Positions 9,101 to 16,206 of a DNA stretch of 32,000 bases are shown one piece after another. The notes beneath the pieces were generated by a model. The model did not search any database, was not told the DNA's origin, and worked only from the letters and a program-made list of their open reading frames with translations. Every line of letters begins with the position of its first letter. Position 1 is the stretch's first letter. This DNA comes from Pirellula staleyi DSM 6068 (GTDB lineage: Bacteria > Planctomycetota > Planctomycetia > Pirellulales > Pirellulaceae), in NCBI GenBank assembly GCA_000025185.1, contig CP001848.1, positions 3,090,001 to 3,122,000 on the forward strand. Reading direction: 5' to 3'. The translations under genes and the position numbers were made by a program.

Positions 9101-9220
9101 TCGCTCCTCAATGAGTTTTACCGTTTAGAGTCGACGATTGCGAAAATCCAGGCCAACCAAACGGCCATTAGTTCTATTCAGTACATTGGGGCCAACGGGT
9201 CGAGCAGCTCATCCTCGTAA
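6119..9220 (+). CDS. fliD: Flagellar filament cap protein FliD (HAP2), unusually long at 1033 aa
   Basis: The N-terminus GLITGINIQETVDQLIALQAQPRDRLNTKITDAKAKQTAITELTAL matches the FliD N-terminal pattern. The C-terminus ITLTSQIETYQARVEFLTARLDRSRESLLNEFYRLESTIAKIQANQTAISSI matches the FliD C-terminal coiled region. The gene sits between the flagellin gene and fliS. Confidence 0.85.
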   Translation: MTRIQSSVGLITGINIQETVDQLIALQAQPRDRLNTKITDAKAKQTAITELTALTIGVQLGIRRLGTSDIFGSKTVSSSNSSLLTAKASTGSIAGTYQFVPVQQAQSHYLLSSGISSRTSALGAGSLSFGYDAKLNEGLELSELNGGDGVARGKIRITDRSGKSATVDLRYASTIDDVVKAINANDGASVKATLDGDTIKLVDSSGGTGNLQVAEVEGGTTAADLGLGGISVASNTATSSDLVRLFDGLEISRLNDGNGLDINGALPDLTVTFRNGSSPLSIDFNRLAKAATTSSVTTTATNGLDAQVTFTSTATGSDYDGVTIQYVDNPGVTAGNETVAYDSNSKTLTFQIDAGSTTADNLVAAVSGNSSVSALFTATIPSGGTGDGFVTVADTGVTSGGAALAARTERTLGELIDTINEADPARLQASLSANGDRIVLTDLTSGGGTFAVDSPVGGKVAEQLGLTGTAVGGTLTGGRLLGGLKSTLLRTLDGGSGIESLGSVSITNRSGTTTAVDLSTAETLDDVIRLINNSGAGVTADYSENRTGITITDNTGSTTSNLIIADGDASTTATRLGIGQSVATTKINSGSLRKQSVSRQTELTSFRGGNGVGTGTITLRDSAGTVSSLNFNTLGAKTIGDVIDAINNLSVNVEARINEAGNGLLIVDKASGSGNLIIQDVGSGTAAKSLLIAGTSTSVTLDGQPAKVIDGNTTQNVTIDADDTLDDLVKKINDLGVGVTAGVLSESSGSLRHHLTLLSGKAGKQGELTIDASGIGLSFTELASAQDAVLQVGTGTQGLLLSSSSNTFKDVIDGVDVTVQGSSKDPVSITSTTSTDSAATALQAFVDQFNRLRDKLDEYTVFDSASNTKGLLFASRETLQIESSLNRVLNSQISGLGEYSSLSQLGVTVNEFGKLAFDRNTFNERYADDPESVIEFFTNENRGFSKKLDDAVETLAGADNDSLLITSFITLTSQIETYQARVEFLTARLDRSRESLLNEFYRLESTIAKIQANQTAISSIQYIGANGSSSSSS
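6575..8404 (+). repeat. Array of flagellin-hook 'IN motif'-like protein modules inside FliD
   Basis: Clear copies lie at nt 6575-6736 (GKIRITDRSGKSATVDLRYASTIDDVVKAINANDGASVKATL...), 7622-7786 (GSVSITNRSGTTTAVDLSTAETLDDVIRLINNSGAGVTADY...), 7958-8137 (GTITLRDSAGTVSSLNFNTLGAKTIGDVIDAINNLSVNVEARI...) and 8264-8404 (NVTIDADDTLDDLVKKINDLGVGVTAGVL...). Partial copies occur near aa 268-290 and 408-446. Most copies are followed by a G-x-T-A-A-x-LG[LI] linker. Confidence 0.8.
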
Positions 9221-9310
9221 CGTAAATCGCCGAGAACAATAGAAGCTAAATCACGCCACTTACGCCCCCATGTGTAAGTCCCCAAGTGTTACTACTGTTG
9301 AGATGCTCCC

Positions 9311-9847
9311 GTGAACGATCCTTCCATCGATCTCAGCCACTCAACTGCCGGCTCCACCTATTTCGAGACGCAGATCGTTACGTCGACCCCTCAGCGGCTG
9401 CGTTTGCTGTTGATTCAGGCGGCTCTTGGAACGATCGAGCAGTGCCACCTGGCGGAATCGCGCGGCGAATCAGCGGAAGTGGTTCGTCAACTCACTAAGC
9501 TTCGCGAAATCGTGGGCGAACTGCTGTCGGCGATTGCTCCCGGCGCGGGACCGATTGCCGATCAGGTCGCGGCGATCTACGACTTCATCTACCGCGAAGT
9601 GGTGGCAACCCATCTCGATCAGAAGCTCGACCGCCTCGCGGCGCTTGTGCCGGTACTGGAAGAAGACCGACTCACCTGGCAACTTCTCTGCGAGCAGCTA
9701 CCGGAGCGAGTCGAACCGACAACGGCGCTCGATCAAGAGATTTTGGCCCCGCGATTCGTCGCGGAAATCCAAAACGTCACCGATACTGGCACCACCAGTT
9801 TTGGATCGCATCAGATGGCCGGCAGTAGCTTTTCGTTTGATGCTTAA
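9311..9847 (+). CDS. fliS: Flagellin-specific chaperone FliS (178 aa, longer than typical)
   Basis: YFETQIVTSTPQRLRLLLIQAALGTIEQC...IYDFIYREV fits the FliS helical-bundle pattern (Y...v.tasP..L..mLy.gal). The gene lies immediately after fliD. The start is GTG and the SD is weak, so the start codon is uncertain. Confidence 0.7.
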   Translation: MNDPSIDLSHSTAGSTYFETQIVTSTPQRLRLLLIQAALGTIEQCHLAESRGESAEVVRQLTKLREIVGELLSAIAPGAGPIADQVAAIYDFIYREVVATHLDQKLDRLAALVPVLEEDRLTWQLLCEQLPERVEPTTALDQEILAPRFVAEIQNVTDTGTTSFGSHQMAGSSFSFDA

Positions 9848-10244
9848 ACGGGGGCATCTCTTTCGAGTGTTGTCGTAAGCTGTTGCTAGAACGCGAGTTT
9901 CTTCTCTCTTAGGCCAATCGCTGGCCCCATCTTGCTCGGCATACTCCCCCTCGAAAGTTAAGTGGGAGATCGTTTTGCGGTAGTCACTACAGAAGCATGG
10001 TGACATCAGCCGCACTCCACATGCGAGCCGCCTCCATGCGACCAGTGGTTGCGGAGTTTGCCCCTCCACTGGCACAATACGGGATTCACGATTCCACGAC
10101 AGGAATCGCCGTTACTGACGACGTGGCATGAGGTTCTGATGGGTGCATCTGCCCCCGGAATCCTCGCAAATAACGAACCAGCCGCTACCTGATCATGGGC
10201 TGCCTGACAAAGCAAAGTGCTCTTAAGCCTGGGAGATTGAAAAC

Positions 10245-11111
10245 ATGACGCAGACCAAGACCCTCATTCGTGTGGGGCATAGCCCCGATCCCGACGATGC
10301 GTTCATGTTCTACGCTCTGGCCAAAGATCAAATCGAAACGGGCGAGTATCAGTTCGAGCATGAACTGGTCGACATCGAGACGCTCAATCGCCGCGCATTC
10401 AGTGGCGAACTCGAGCTCACCGCTCTGTCGCTTCATGCTTACGCTTTCCTCGCCGACAAATATCTGCTCTGCACATGCGGCGCCAGCATGGGGGACAACT
10501 ACGGCCCGATGGTGATTGCCCGCGAAGATTGTTCGATCGAGTCGCTGAAGGGAAAGACCGTTGCGGTTCCCGGAACGCTCACGACCGCCTTCCTGGCACT
10601 GAAGCTTTGCCTCGGCAACGATTTCAAACATGTCGTGGTGCCGTTCGACGAAATCCTGAACGTCACCGAGCGTGGCGAGTTCGAAGGAACCCCGATCGAC
10701 GCCGGTCTTTGCATCCACGAAGGTCAGCTGACCTATGGAACGCAAGGTTTGAAATTGGTGGTCGATCTCGGTAAGTGGTGGCTCCAAGAGACCGGACTTC
10801 CGCTGCCGCTCGGTGCCAACGGCATCCGCCGCGATCTGGGACCGAAGGCGATTCGCGAGATCAACAAGATTCTTCGCGAGAGCATTAAGCATGGGCTTGA
10901 AAATCGTAAGCCAGCTCTCGATCACGCCCTGGCTTATGGCCGAGGACTCGATCACTCGAGCGCCGATACGTTCGTCGGCATGTATGTAAATGACTGGACG
11001 ATCGACTTCGGTGAGCGTGGCCGCGAGGCGGTTCGCGTTCTGCTGCAAAAGGGGTTTGAGGCGGGGGTAATCCCAACGCTTGTCGTCCCTGAATTCGTCG
11101 ACGAAGGTTAA
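10245..11111 (+). CDS. MqnA/MqnD-family (futalosine-pathway menaquinone biosynthesis / SBP-fold) protein
   Basis: IRVGHSPDPDDAFMFYALAKDQIETGEYQFEHELVDIETLNRRAFSGELELTALSLHAY...GDNYGPMVIA resembles the MqnD-type motif block (SPCPND-F-F-al, DIetLN, kiS, GP). HSPDPDD replaces the SPCPND motif. GGGAG lies 9 nt upstream of the ATG. The exact enzyme, MqnA versus MqnD versus a third subgroup, cannot be resolved by eye. Confidence 0.65.
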   Translation: MTQTKTLIRVGHSPDPDDAFMFYALAKDQIETGEYQFEHELVDIETLNRRAFSGELELTALSLHAYAFLADKYLLCTCGASMGDNYGPMVIAREDCSIESLKGKTVAVPGTLTTAFLALKLCLGNDFKHVVVPFDEILNVTERGEFEGTPIDAGLCIHEGQLTYGTQGLKLVVDLGKWWLQETGLPLPLGANGIRRDLGPKAIREINKILRESIKHGLENRKPALDHALAYGRGLDHSSADTFVGMYVNDWTIDFGERGREAVRVLLQKGFEAGVIPTLVVPEFVDEG

Positions 11112-11155
11112 TCGAAAGCGATCGACGCTTGGGTCCCGATAATCCACTAGAATCA

Positions 11156-11186
11156 GGCGAGAGCAAACTGCTCTCGCCTTTTGCTT
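11156..11186 (+). terminator. Rho-independent terminator after the Mqn-family gene
   Basis: GGCGAGAGC (11156-11164), loop aaact, GCTCTCGCC (11170-11178), then TTTTGCTTT. Confidence 0.75.
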
Positions 11187-11234
11187 TAGGCAAAGCTGGC
11201 GACTGTAACGAACCTTTCAATTAGCAAGTCTATC

Positions 11235-11585
11235 GTGGACGATTCGCCCTCTAGCTCGAGACTTCCGCCGCGACCTATTCGTCCAGCCGATCTCGATGAA
11301 ATTAGTCCGAGCAAATCGCGGCGAGGATGTTTGCCAATCATCCTCGCCATGGCTTTTCTCATCGTGCTCGGCGCGGTGATGATGATTCTTTCGCTCGGCT
11401 ATCTGCTCCCATTCCTGATGATTGGTGGCGGGCTGATCGTGCTGATCTTCGGCCAGTATCTGCTGTTCGGCTGGCTGATGGAGCGAATCTATCGCAATCC
11501 GCAGGCTCTTCGCGAGCTCGAAGAGCAAGAGCGGGAGAATCAAAAGCCGCCACCACCAACCAAACCGTTCAACGGCAAAGATTAG
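11235..11585 (+). CDS. Small hypothetical membrane protein (2-3 predicted TM helices)
   Basis: Hydrophobic stretches CLPIILAMAFLIVLGAVMMILSLGYLLPFLMIGGGLIVLIFGQYLLFGWLM are followed by a charged, Pro-rich tail. Codon usage is GC3-rich like the neighbouring genes. The competing ORFs (11217..11675 minus strand, 11327..12316 plus strand) overlap the redoxin gene and look like shadow ORFs. The start is GTG and I recognise no homology. Confidence 0.5.
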   Translation: MDDSPSSSRLPPRPIRPADLDEISPSKSRRGCLPIILAMAFLIVLGAVMMILSLGYLLPFLMIGGGLIVLIFGQYLLFGWLMERIYRNPQALRELEEQERENQKPPPPTKPFNGKD

Positions 11586-11620
11586 TCCGTTTCGCACGAA
11601 TGAGTTGCCTGCGGCAGGCT

Positions 11621-12217
11621 TTAGAGCTTCACACCTGCGGGATCGAAGTACTCGGGAGCGAGCCCTTCTTTCCACTTGATGTTACAGCCGATGCTGGGAA
11701 CTTGCGGCTGCGGCGCTTCGCTGCCACCGAGCACGGCATCAATCGCGGCACGCAGATCCTTACCGGTGACTGGCTGCCCATTGCTGGGGCGGCTGCTGTC
11801 GAGCTGACCACGGTAGAGGAGCTTGCGGTTTTTGTCGTAGAGAAAAAAGTCGGGAGTGCAAGCAGCGCGATAGGCCTTGGCCACTTCCTGGGTTTCGTCG
11901 AAGAGATAGGGGAACGGATAGCCGCGCTGTTCCGCTTCGTGCACCATCTGCTCGGGCGAATCCTCGGGATGCTTATTGGTGTCGTTCGAGTTGATGCCGA
12001 CCATCGCCAAGCCGCGTGGCAGGTAGTCCATCGCCAGCCGTGTCAGTTCCTCTGCCACATGTTTCACGAAGGGGCAGTGATTGCACATGAAGACGACGAG
12101 CACCGCTTCGGCCGGGGCCAAGTCGCTGAGCGAAACCATCTGTCCATCGACATTCAGAAGCGAAAAATCGGGGGCGGGAGAGCCCAACTGCACCATCGTG
12201 CTGGCAGTTTTTACCAT
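11621..12217 (-). CDS. Thioredoxin-fold redoxin (AhpC/TSA-like, thiol-disulfide oxidoreductase family)
   Basis: APDFSLLNVDGQMVSLSDL...VLVVFMCNHCPFVKH...GINSND...GYPFPYLFDETQEVAKAY...TPDFFLYD has the typical redoxin layout with a CxxC (CNHC) motif. An AAGGAA SD lies 8 nt upstream of the ATG at 12217. Confidence 0.85.
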   Translation of the reverse strand: MVKTASTMVQLGSPAPDFSLLNVDGQMVSLSDLAPAEAVLVVFMCNHCPFVKHVAEELTRLAMDYLPRGLAMVGINSNDTNKHPEDSPEQMVHEAEQRGYPFPYLFDETQEVAKAYRAACTPDFFLYDKNRKLLYRGQLDSSRPSNGQPVTGKDLRAAIDAVLGGSEAPQPQVPSIGCNIKWKEGLAPEYFDPAGVKL

Positions 12218-12465
12218 TGGATATTCCTTGTTCGAAGCGGCGGAAAGTTCGCACGTTTTTCAGGCCCAGCCATGAACATCAGGGGCCTGCTGCGCGTCTT
12301 GATTCATAGCTCTTAGTTTAGCGATTTTCGACGCCGTTGTGGGGATCGTTGCGGTGGAGGTCGCGTCCCTTAACCAGCGGTCGATTTGACCCACCAAGCG
12401 TCGATGATTGGCTATAATAATCTCTGATCACAAGTCTCTTGTTTTTGCAAAGAAGCAAACTCGCC

Positions 12466-13605
12466 ATGTCGCTGGTCATTGCCCCTCGCAGCACCGCTGC
12501 CGTTCTTCCGTACAAGTCGCTCAGCAACGAGGAACTCTCGTCGCGCATTGAGGCGGTTCGGAAGCAACTCGGTTCGCGGCTGATGATCTTGGGACATCAC
12601 TATCAGCAAGACGAAGTGATCAAGCACAGCGACTTGCGTGGTGATAGCTATCAGCTGAGCCAGATGGCTGCCGCCAGCAGCGATTGTCGATACATCGTTT
12701 TCTGTGGCGTCCATTTCATGGCCGAGACAGCCGATATTTTGGCGAATCGTCCCGAGAAGCTCGAAGCGCGGGGTGGTGAGCGTGTGACGGTGGTGCTCCC
12801 CGACATGGCGGCGGGGTGTTCGATGGCCGATATGGCGGCGATCGAGCAAGTCGAGAATGCCTGGCAAGAGCTCGGCGAAGTGATCGACACCAGCGACATC
12901 ACGCCGGTGACTTATATCAACTCTGCTGCAAGTTTGAAGGCTTTTTGTGGTCGTCACGGTGGCATCGTTTGCACCAGCAGCAACGCCCGAAGTGTACTTG
13001 AGTGGTCATTTGCGCGCCGCAAGCGGGTCTTCTTCTTTCCCGATCAACATTTGGGACGCAACACCGCGCTCAAGATGGGTGTGACCGAAGAGGAAATGCC
13101 AGTCTACGATCCTTACGCGGGCGACCTCGGCGGCAATAGCGAAGCGGCGATTTCGGCAAGTCGCGTCATCTTGTGGAAGGGGCATTGCAGCGTGCATCAG
13201 ATGTTCCGCAAGGAGCATGTCGATCAGTTTCGAGCAAGGATTCCAGGGATCAAGATTCTGGTCCATCCCGAATGTCCTCGGGAAGTGAACGACCTTGCCG
13301 ATATCTCGGGATCGACGAGCAAAATCATTCAAACGGTCGAAGCGGCACCTGCGGGAACGAAGTGGGCGATAGGGACCGAACTTCATTTGGTGCAGCGGCT
13401 TAAGCAAGAACATCCCGAGCAAGAGATTCATTTTCTCTCGCCGGTGATTTGCATGTGCGCGACGATGTATCGCATCGACCTCGCCCATTTGTGCTGGAGC
13501 CTCGAGCAAATCGCTGCTGGCACACCATCGAACGTGATTCGAGTCGATGAGCAAACGACCACGGAAAGTCTCGTGGCCCTCTCGCGAATGCTCGAAGTAA
13601 AGTAG
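12466..13605 (+). CDS. nadA: Quinolinate synthase NadA
   Basis: LMILGHHYQQDEVIKHSDLRGDSYQLS...IVFCGVHFMAETADIL...MADMA...YINSAASLKA...CTSSNA...FFPDQHLGRN...HCSVHQ...VHPEC...GSTS are the hallmark NadA blocks. I preferred the ATG at 12466 to the track's TTG at 12439. Confidence 0.9.
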   Translation: MSLVIAPRSTAAVLPYKSLSNEELSSRIEAVRKQLGSRLMILGHHYQQDEVIKHSDLRGDSYQLSQMAAASSDCRYIVFCGVHFMAETADILANRPEKLEARGGERVTVVLPDMAAGCSMADMAAIEQVENAWQELGEVIDTSDITPVTYINSAASLKAFCGRHGGIVCTSSNARSVLEWSFARRKRVFFFPDQHLGRNTALKMGVTEEEMPVYDPYAGDLGGNSEAAISASRVILWKGHCSVHQMFRKEHVDQFRARIPGIKILVHPECPREVNDLADISGSTSKIIQTVEAAPAGTKWAIGTELHLVQRLKQEHPEQEIHFLSPVICMCATMYRIDLAHLCWSLEQIAAGTPSNVIRVDEQTTTESLVALSRMLEVK

Positions 13606-13672
13606 AACGCCCGATCGATCTTCGAGACAAACAGACGCCCCACGCCGATGTTCTAGGCGTAGGGCAGGTTAA

Positions 13673-13700
13673 CTCTTTAATCGAGGGCTCGATTGAAGAG
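13673..13700. terminator. Hairpin between convergent nadA and the 201-aa gene (possible bidirectional terminator)
   Basis: CTCTTTAATCGAG and CTCGATTGAAGAG form a 13-bp inverted repeat with one T-G wobble. It lies 12 nt beyond the minus-strand stop codon and about 70 nt beyond the nadA stop. Neither side has a clear U-tract, so confidence is modest. Confidence 0.4.
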
Positions 13701-13711
13701 GGCCCGAATTA

Positions 13712-14317
13712 CTACTTCGTTTCGAGCGGGATGTTGAGGTTCGGATCCTCTTCGAGTGCTTTTTCGAGCGACTCGAGTTTCTCGGGAGTGGTGGTTTCCT
13801 CCGAGTCTCCACTTGGATCGAGAGGCATCGCTTCCGAGTCCATCTCTTCGCCCGACATTTCCCGTAGCTCGGCCGCTTTCACTGCTTCGAGCGGAATGTC
13901 GATGGTCGAACCATCTTCAAACGTCACCTTCACCCCGGAGAGTTCTTGGTTCGGGGCTGTTCCGCGATACAGAACCGTCATCACGGCAGTTCCTGAGGGA
14001 CCTTTGATATCCACCGCGATTTCGTTGGGGGAAATCTCTCGCATGGCATTTTCGCCATTGTGTTCGATCGGCTCACCAATCTTGGCGATCACTTCCGGGG
14101 AATCCGAGACAGCCATGAACGGAGCTCCCACCCTGATGGCGAGGCTCAAAGTCTGGAGCATCTGTTGCGCTCCTTGCTGGGCTCGATATCCCAGGAAGAC
14201 ACAGCCGCCGCAAACCCCCGCGCACATCAAAAGAATGATGCCGAGGATCACCAGCACGATGGTGAAGAAGGAACCACCACCCGAGTTTTGTTGGCCGTAC
14301 GGCTCTGGACTGCTCAT
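13712..14317 (-). CDS. Single-pass membrane protein, Coa1-like ectodomain with acidic C-terminal tail (paralog 1)
   Basis: An N-terminal TM helix (FFTIVLVILGIILLMCAGVCGGCVFLGY) is followed by SPEVIAKIGEPIE...IKGPSGTAVMTVLY...KVTFEDGSTIDI. From memory this matches the bacterial 'cytochrome oxidase complex assembly protein 1' family layout. An AGGAAT SD lies upstream. Confidence 0.7.
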   Translation of the reverse strand: MSSPEPYGQQNSGGGSFFTIVLVILGIILLMCAGVCGGCVFLGYRAQQGAQQMLQTLSLAIRVGAPFMAVSDSPEVIAKIGEPIEHNGENAMREISPNEIAVDIKGPSGTAVMTVLYRGTAPNQELSGVKVTFEDGSTIDIPLEAVKAAELREMSGEEMDSEAMPLDPSGDSEETTTPEKLESLEKALEEDPNLNIPLETK

Positions 14318-14481
14318 TGCTTTTCATTCCTGTGGGGGTGGTGCTGCGGGCCATCGGCTGGAAGGATTGTAGTGGTCTCCCTTTAGTTTGTCGTTCGTAC
14401 GCCTCGAATATTGCGAATTTGGTGAGTTTACTTGCAACTCCGTTCGCGGGGAGCGGAGTGAATGGAGACTGATGGGCGTGT

Positions 14482-14937
14482 CTACATGTTTGTGTAGTCG
14501 AGCGTAACAAAGTCTTGCAGTTCGAGAGTGCTCCCATCTTCGAACCAGAGTTCAATCGCTTCGATTTTGTAGTCCCGAGACTGATAGCTCCCTGATTTGA
14601 TAACCGTCACCTCTGCGGTTCCCTGAGGCCCGCGCACTTGAAAGTAGATGAGAGTGTCCTTGAGAGAACTAGGTGCTCCTACCACGGTGATTGGCTTGCC
14701 GATTTTTTGCTGCACCTCGGGGGACATCTGCACTGTGCGAAGCGCGGGAATGGCTTCGAGCGATGCGGTGGTGAATTCAATGTGGGGGGAGCTTGGTCGC
14801 TGAGGTGGATTTTGATAATGATTGCGAATTAAGCCGCCACATGTGCCGAAAAGCATTAGCGCCAGAATGATGCCTCCATAGAGAGAGAAATTGCTCTTCG
14901 GCTTACGCTCGTAGGTGAAATCGGGGGTGGAAGACAT
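14482..14937 (-). CDS. Single-pass membrane protein, Coa1-like ectodomain (paralog 2)
   Basis: A TM helix (LYGGIILALMLFGTCGGLI) is followed by SPEVQQKIGKPIT...VRGPQGTAEVTVIK...ELWFEDGSTLEL. The motif order is the same as in the neighbouring 201-aa protein. Confidence 0.7.
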   Translation of the reverse strand: MSSTPDFTYERKPKSNFSLYGGIILALMLFGTCGGLIRNHYQNPPQRPSSPHIEFTTASLEAIPALRTVQMSPEVQQKIGKPITVVGAPSSLKDTLIYFQVRGPQGTAEVTVIKSGSYQSRDYKIEAIELWFEDGSTLELQDFVTLDYTNM

Positions 14938-15000
14938 GCAGCAGATCTCCCCACTCGGCGCAGAGGAAGGCCCTCACGACGAGTCGACAAGATAGTGTCT

Positions 15001-15027
15001 GAAAAAAGACGAGTGCCAGCGCTGGCA
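15001..15027 (-). terminator. Candidate terminator downstream of the Ala/Pro-rich gene
   Basis: A perfect palindrome, TGCCAGCGCTGGCA, lies at 15014-15027. On the minus strand it is followed by CTCGTCTTTTTT (complement of 15002-15013). The usable stem is short, about 5 bp with a GCGC loop. Confidence 0.4.
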
Positions 15028-15141
15028 GATTCCGCATTGCAGAGCTATTACGCTAATGCGGGTGGTTTTTGTAGCACGTCGGATTGGTCAGAGCAACTAG
15101 AATTTTAGAAACGTTGCTCGGTGTGAGAATGTGCAGCTGGT

Positions 15142-15909
15142 CTACTTCGTGTCGACTTGGCGACAGTAGGCAACTTGGGCAGCGACGTCCTTGATGACGT
15201 CTTTCTTCGACTTCTTGCCGCCAGCAGCAGGTGCCGGAGCCGCAGGAACTGGTTCGGGGGCAGGGGCTGGCTTGGGAGCTTCAGCTTTCGGAGCGGGTGC
15301 AGGTGCTGCTGGCTTTTCAGCGGCTGGTGCTGCTGCGGGGGCTTTGCCACGGGCTGCGGCCATAATATCGGCCACGCTCATCGCCTTGGCATCTTTGGCG
15401 GCTGGTTTGGCAGCAGGAGCTTCGGCCTTGGCTTCGGCGGGAGCGGCTGCTCCCCCTTCTTTCTTGGCCCGAGCGGCAGCCATGATCTCGGCCACGCTCA
15501 TTTTGCCAGCGGCTGGAGCAGCAGCGGCAGCTGGTTTTTCGGCAGCAGGTGCGGCCGGGGCTTTGGCGCGGGCAGCGGCCATGATATCGGCCACGCTTTT
15601 GCCGGCGGCTGGTTTGGCAGCTTCTGCAGCAGGCTTGGCTTCGGCTTTCGCGGCTGGTTTCTCGCTCTTTGCCTTCGGTTCTGGCTTGGGGAGCGGCGCG
15701 TCGATCACCTTCAGGTAGCTGAGGTCGATATCGAACCAGCCGATATTGCTGTTGCCGTCGAACTGCACGAGGGCTCGACCACTCATGTTCACTGTTTTGA
15801 TAGTGCCGGTCAGGCCGTCGAAACGCTTGAGTTCCGCGACACTTGGGTCAACGACCACATACTTGTCGGTGTATTCTTTTTTGAGCGATTCGATGTACTC
15901 AAACACCAT
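15142..15909 (-). CDS. Hypothetical protein: ~75-aa N-terminal globular domain plus Ala/Pro/Lys-rich region with three SVA[DE]IMAAAR repeats
   Basis: I set the start at the ATG at 15909 (MVFEYIESLKKEY...). The track's upstream extension to 15966 adds non-conserved-looking residues. The N-terminal part (VVVDPSVAELKRFDGLTGTIKTVNMSGRALVQFDGNSNIGWFDIDLSYLKVI) looks like a small beta-rich domain. The plus-strand alternatives are Cys/Trp/Gly-rich nonsense. Confidence 0.75.
   Translation of the reverse strand: MVFEYIESLKKEYTDKYVVVDPSVAELKRFDGLTGTIKTVNMSGRALVQFDGNSNIGWFDIDLSYLKVIDAPLPKPEPKAKSEKPAAKAEAKPAAEAAKPAAGKSVADIMAAARAKAPAAPAAEKPAAAAAPAAGKMSVAEIMAAARAKKEGGAAAPAEAKAEAPAAKPAAKDAKAMSVADIMAAARGKAPAAAPAAEKPAAPAPAPKAEAPKPAPAPEPVPAAPAPAAGGKKSKKDVIKDVAAQVAYCRQVDTK
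15353..15597 (-). repeat. Three dispersed ~26-29-nt DNA repeats encoding the SVA[DE]IMAAAR motif
   Basis: GC-GCGGCCAT[AG]AT[AC]TCGGCCACGCT occurs at 15353-15381, 15473-15501 and 15572-15597 on the plus strand. The spacings are 120 and 99 nt. Confidence 0.85.
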
Positions 15910-16206
15910 GACCCGCGACTCCCAACACAAATTGACTTGCCGATGCACCGCCCGGGAGCCATGCAAATCAGCTAGCTAGGTTTACTGCCTGCTGGACGAA
16001 ACCCGCTTCTGGATCCTGGATAGATCTGCAGATTTGTCCAAAGTGCATGCCATTAAAGAGTTTATGGTCTTTGCTGGCAGCTACTAAGTGCCGCTCGAGC
16101 AGGTTCGATTCCTACTACCCACGGCACACGCATTGTGGCACGTGGGGAGCGGAAATCAAGGATACATGCCGACTTACGTGGCATGGAAAATCGACACCCG
16201 GAGCGT

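Noticed and set aside
9849-9970. Long-range 8-bp inverted repeat (CTTTCGAG at 9858-9865 and CTCGAAAG at 9949-9956) after fliS, with flanking ATCTC/GAGAT
   Set aside because: By my estimate an 8-bp repeat separated by ~85 nt is about what chance would give in a 400-nt spacer. It has no U-tract and competing pairings.
11327-12316. 329-aa plus-strand ORF and 152-aa minus-strand ORF (11217..11675) around the small membrane-protein and redoxin genes
   Set aside because: Both overlap the clearly real redoxin gene or the TM-helix-encoding frame, and their products are Arg-rich with no motifs.
15157-15975. Plus-strand ORFs (272 aa and 175 aa) opposite the Ala/Pro-rich gene
   Set aside because: GC-rich repeats keep both strands open. 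The plus-strand products are Cys/Trp/Gly/Arg-rich or poly-Ala-Gly strings with no globular part. The minus-strand frame has a well-formed N-terminal domain and conserved motif islands.
16099-16122. tRNA T-arm-like sequence GCAGGTTCGATTCCTAC
   Set aside because: The GGTTCGATTCC core is present, but the T-stem has a mismatch. No complementary acceptor 5' strand (GTGGGTA) lies ~70 nt upstream, and no D-arm or anticodon arm could be drawn. It is probably a chance match or a decayed fragment.
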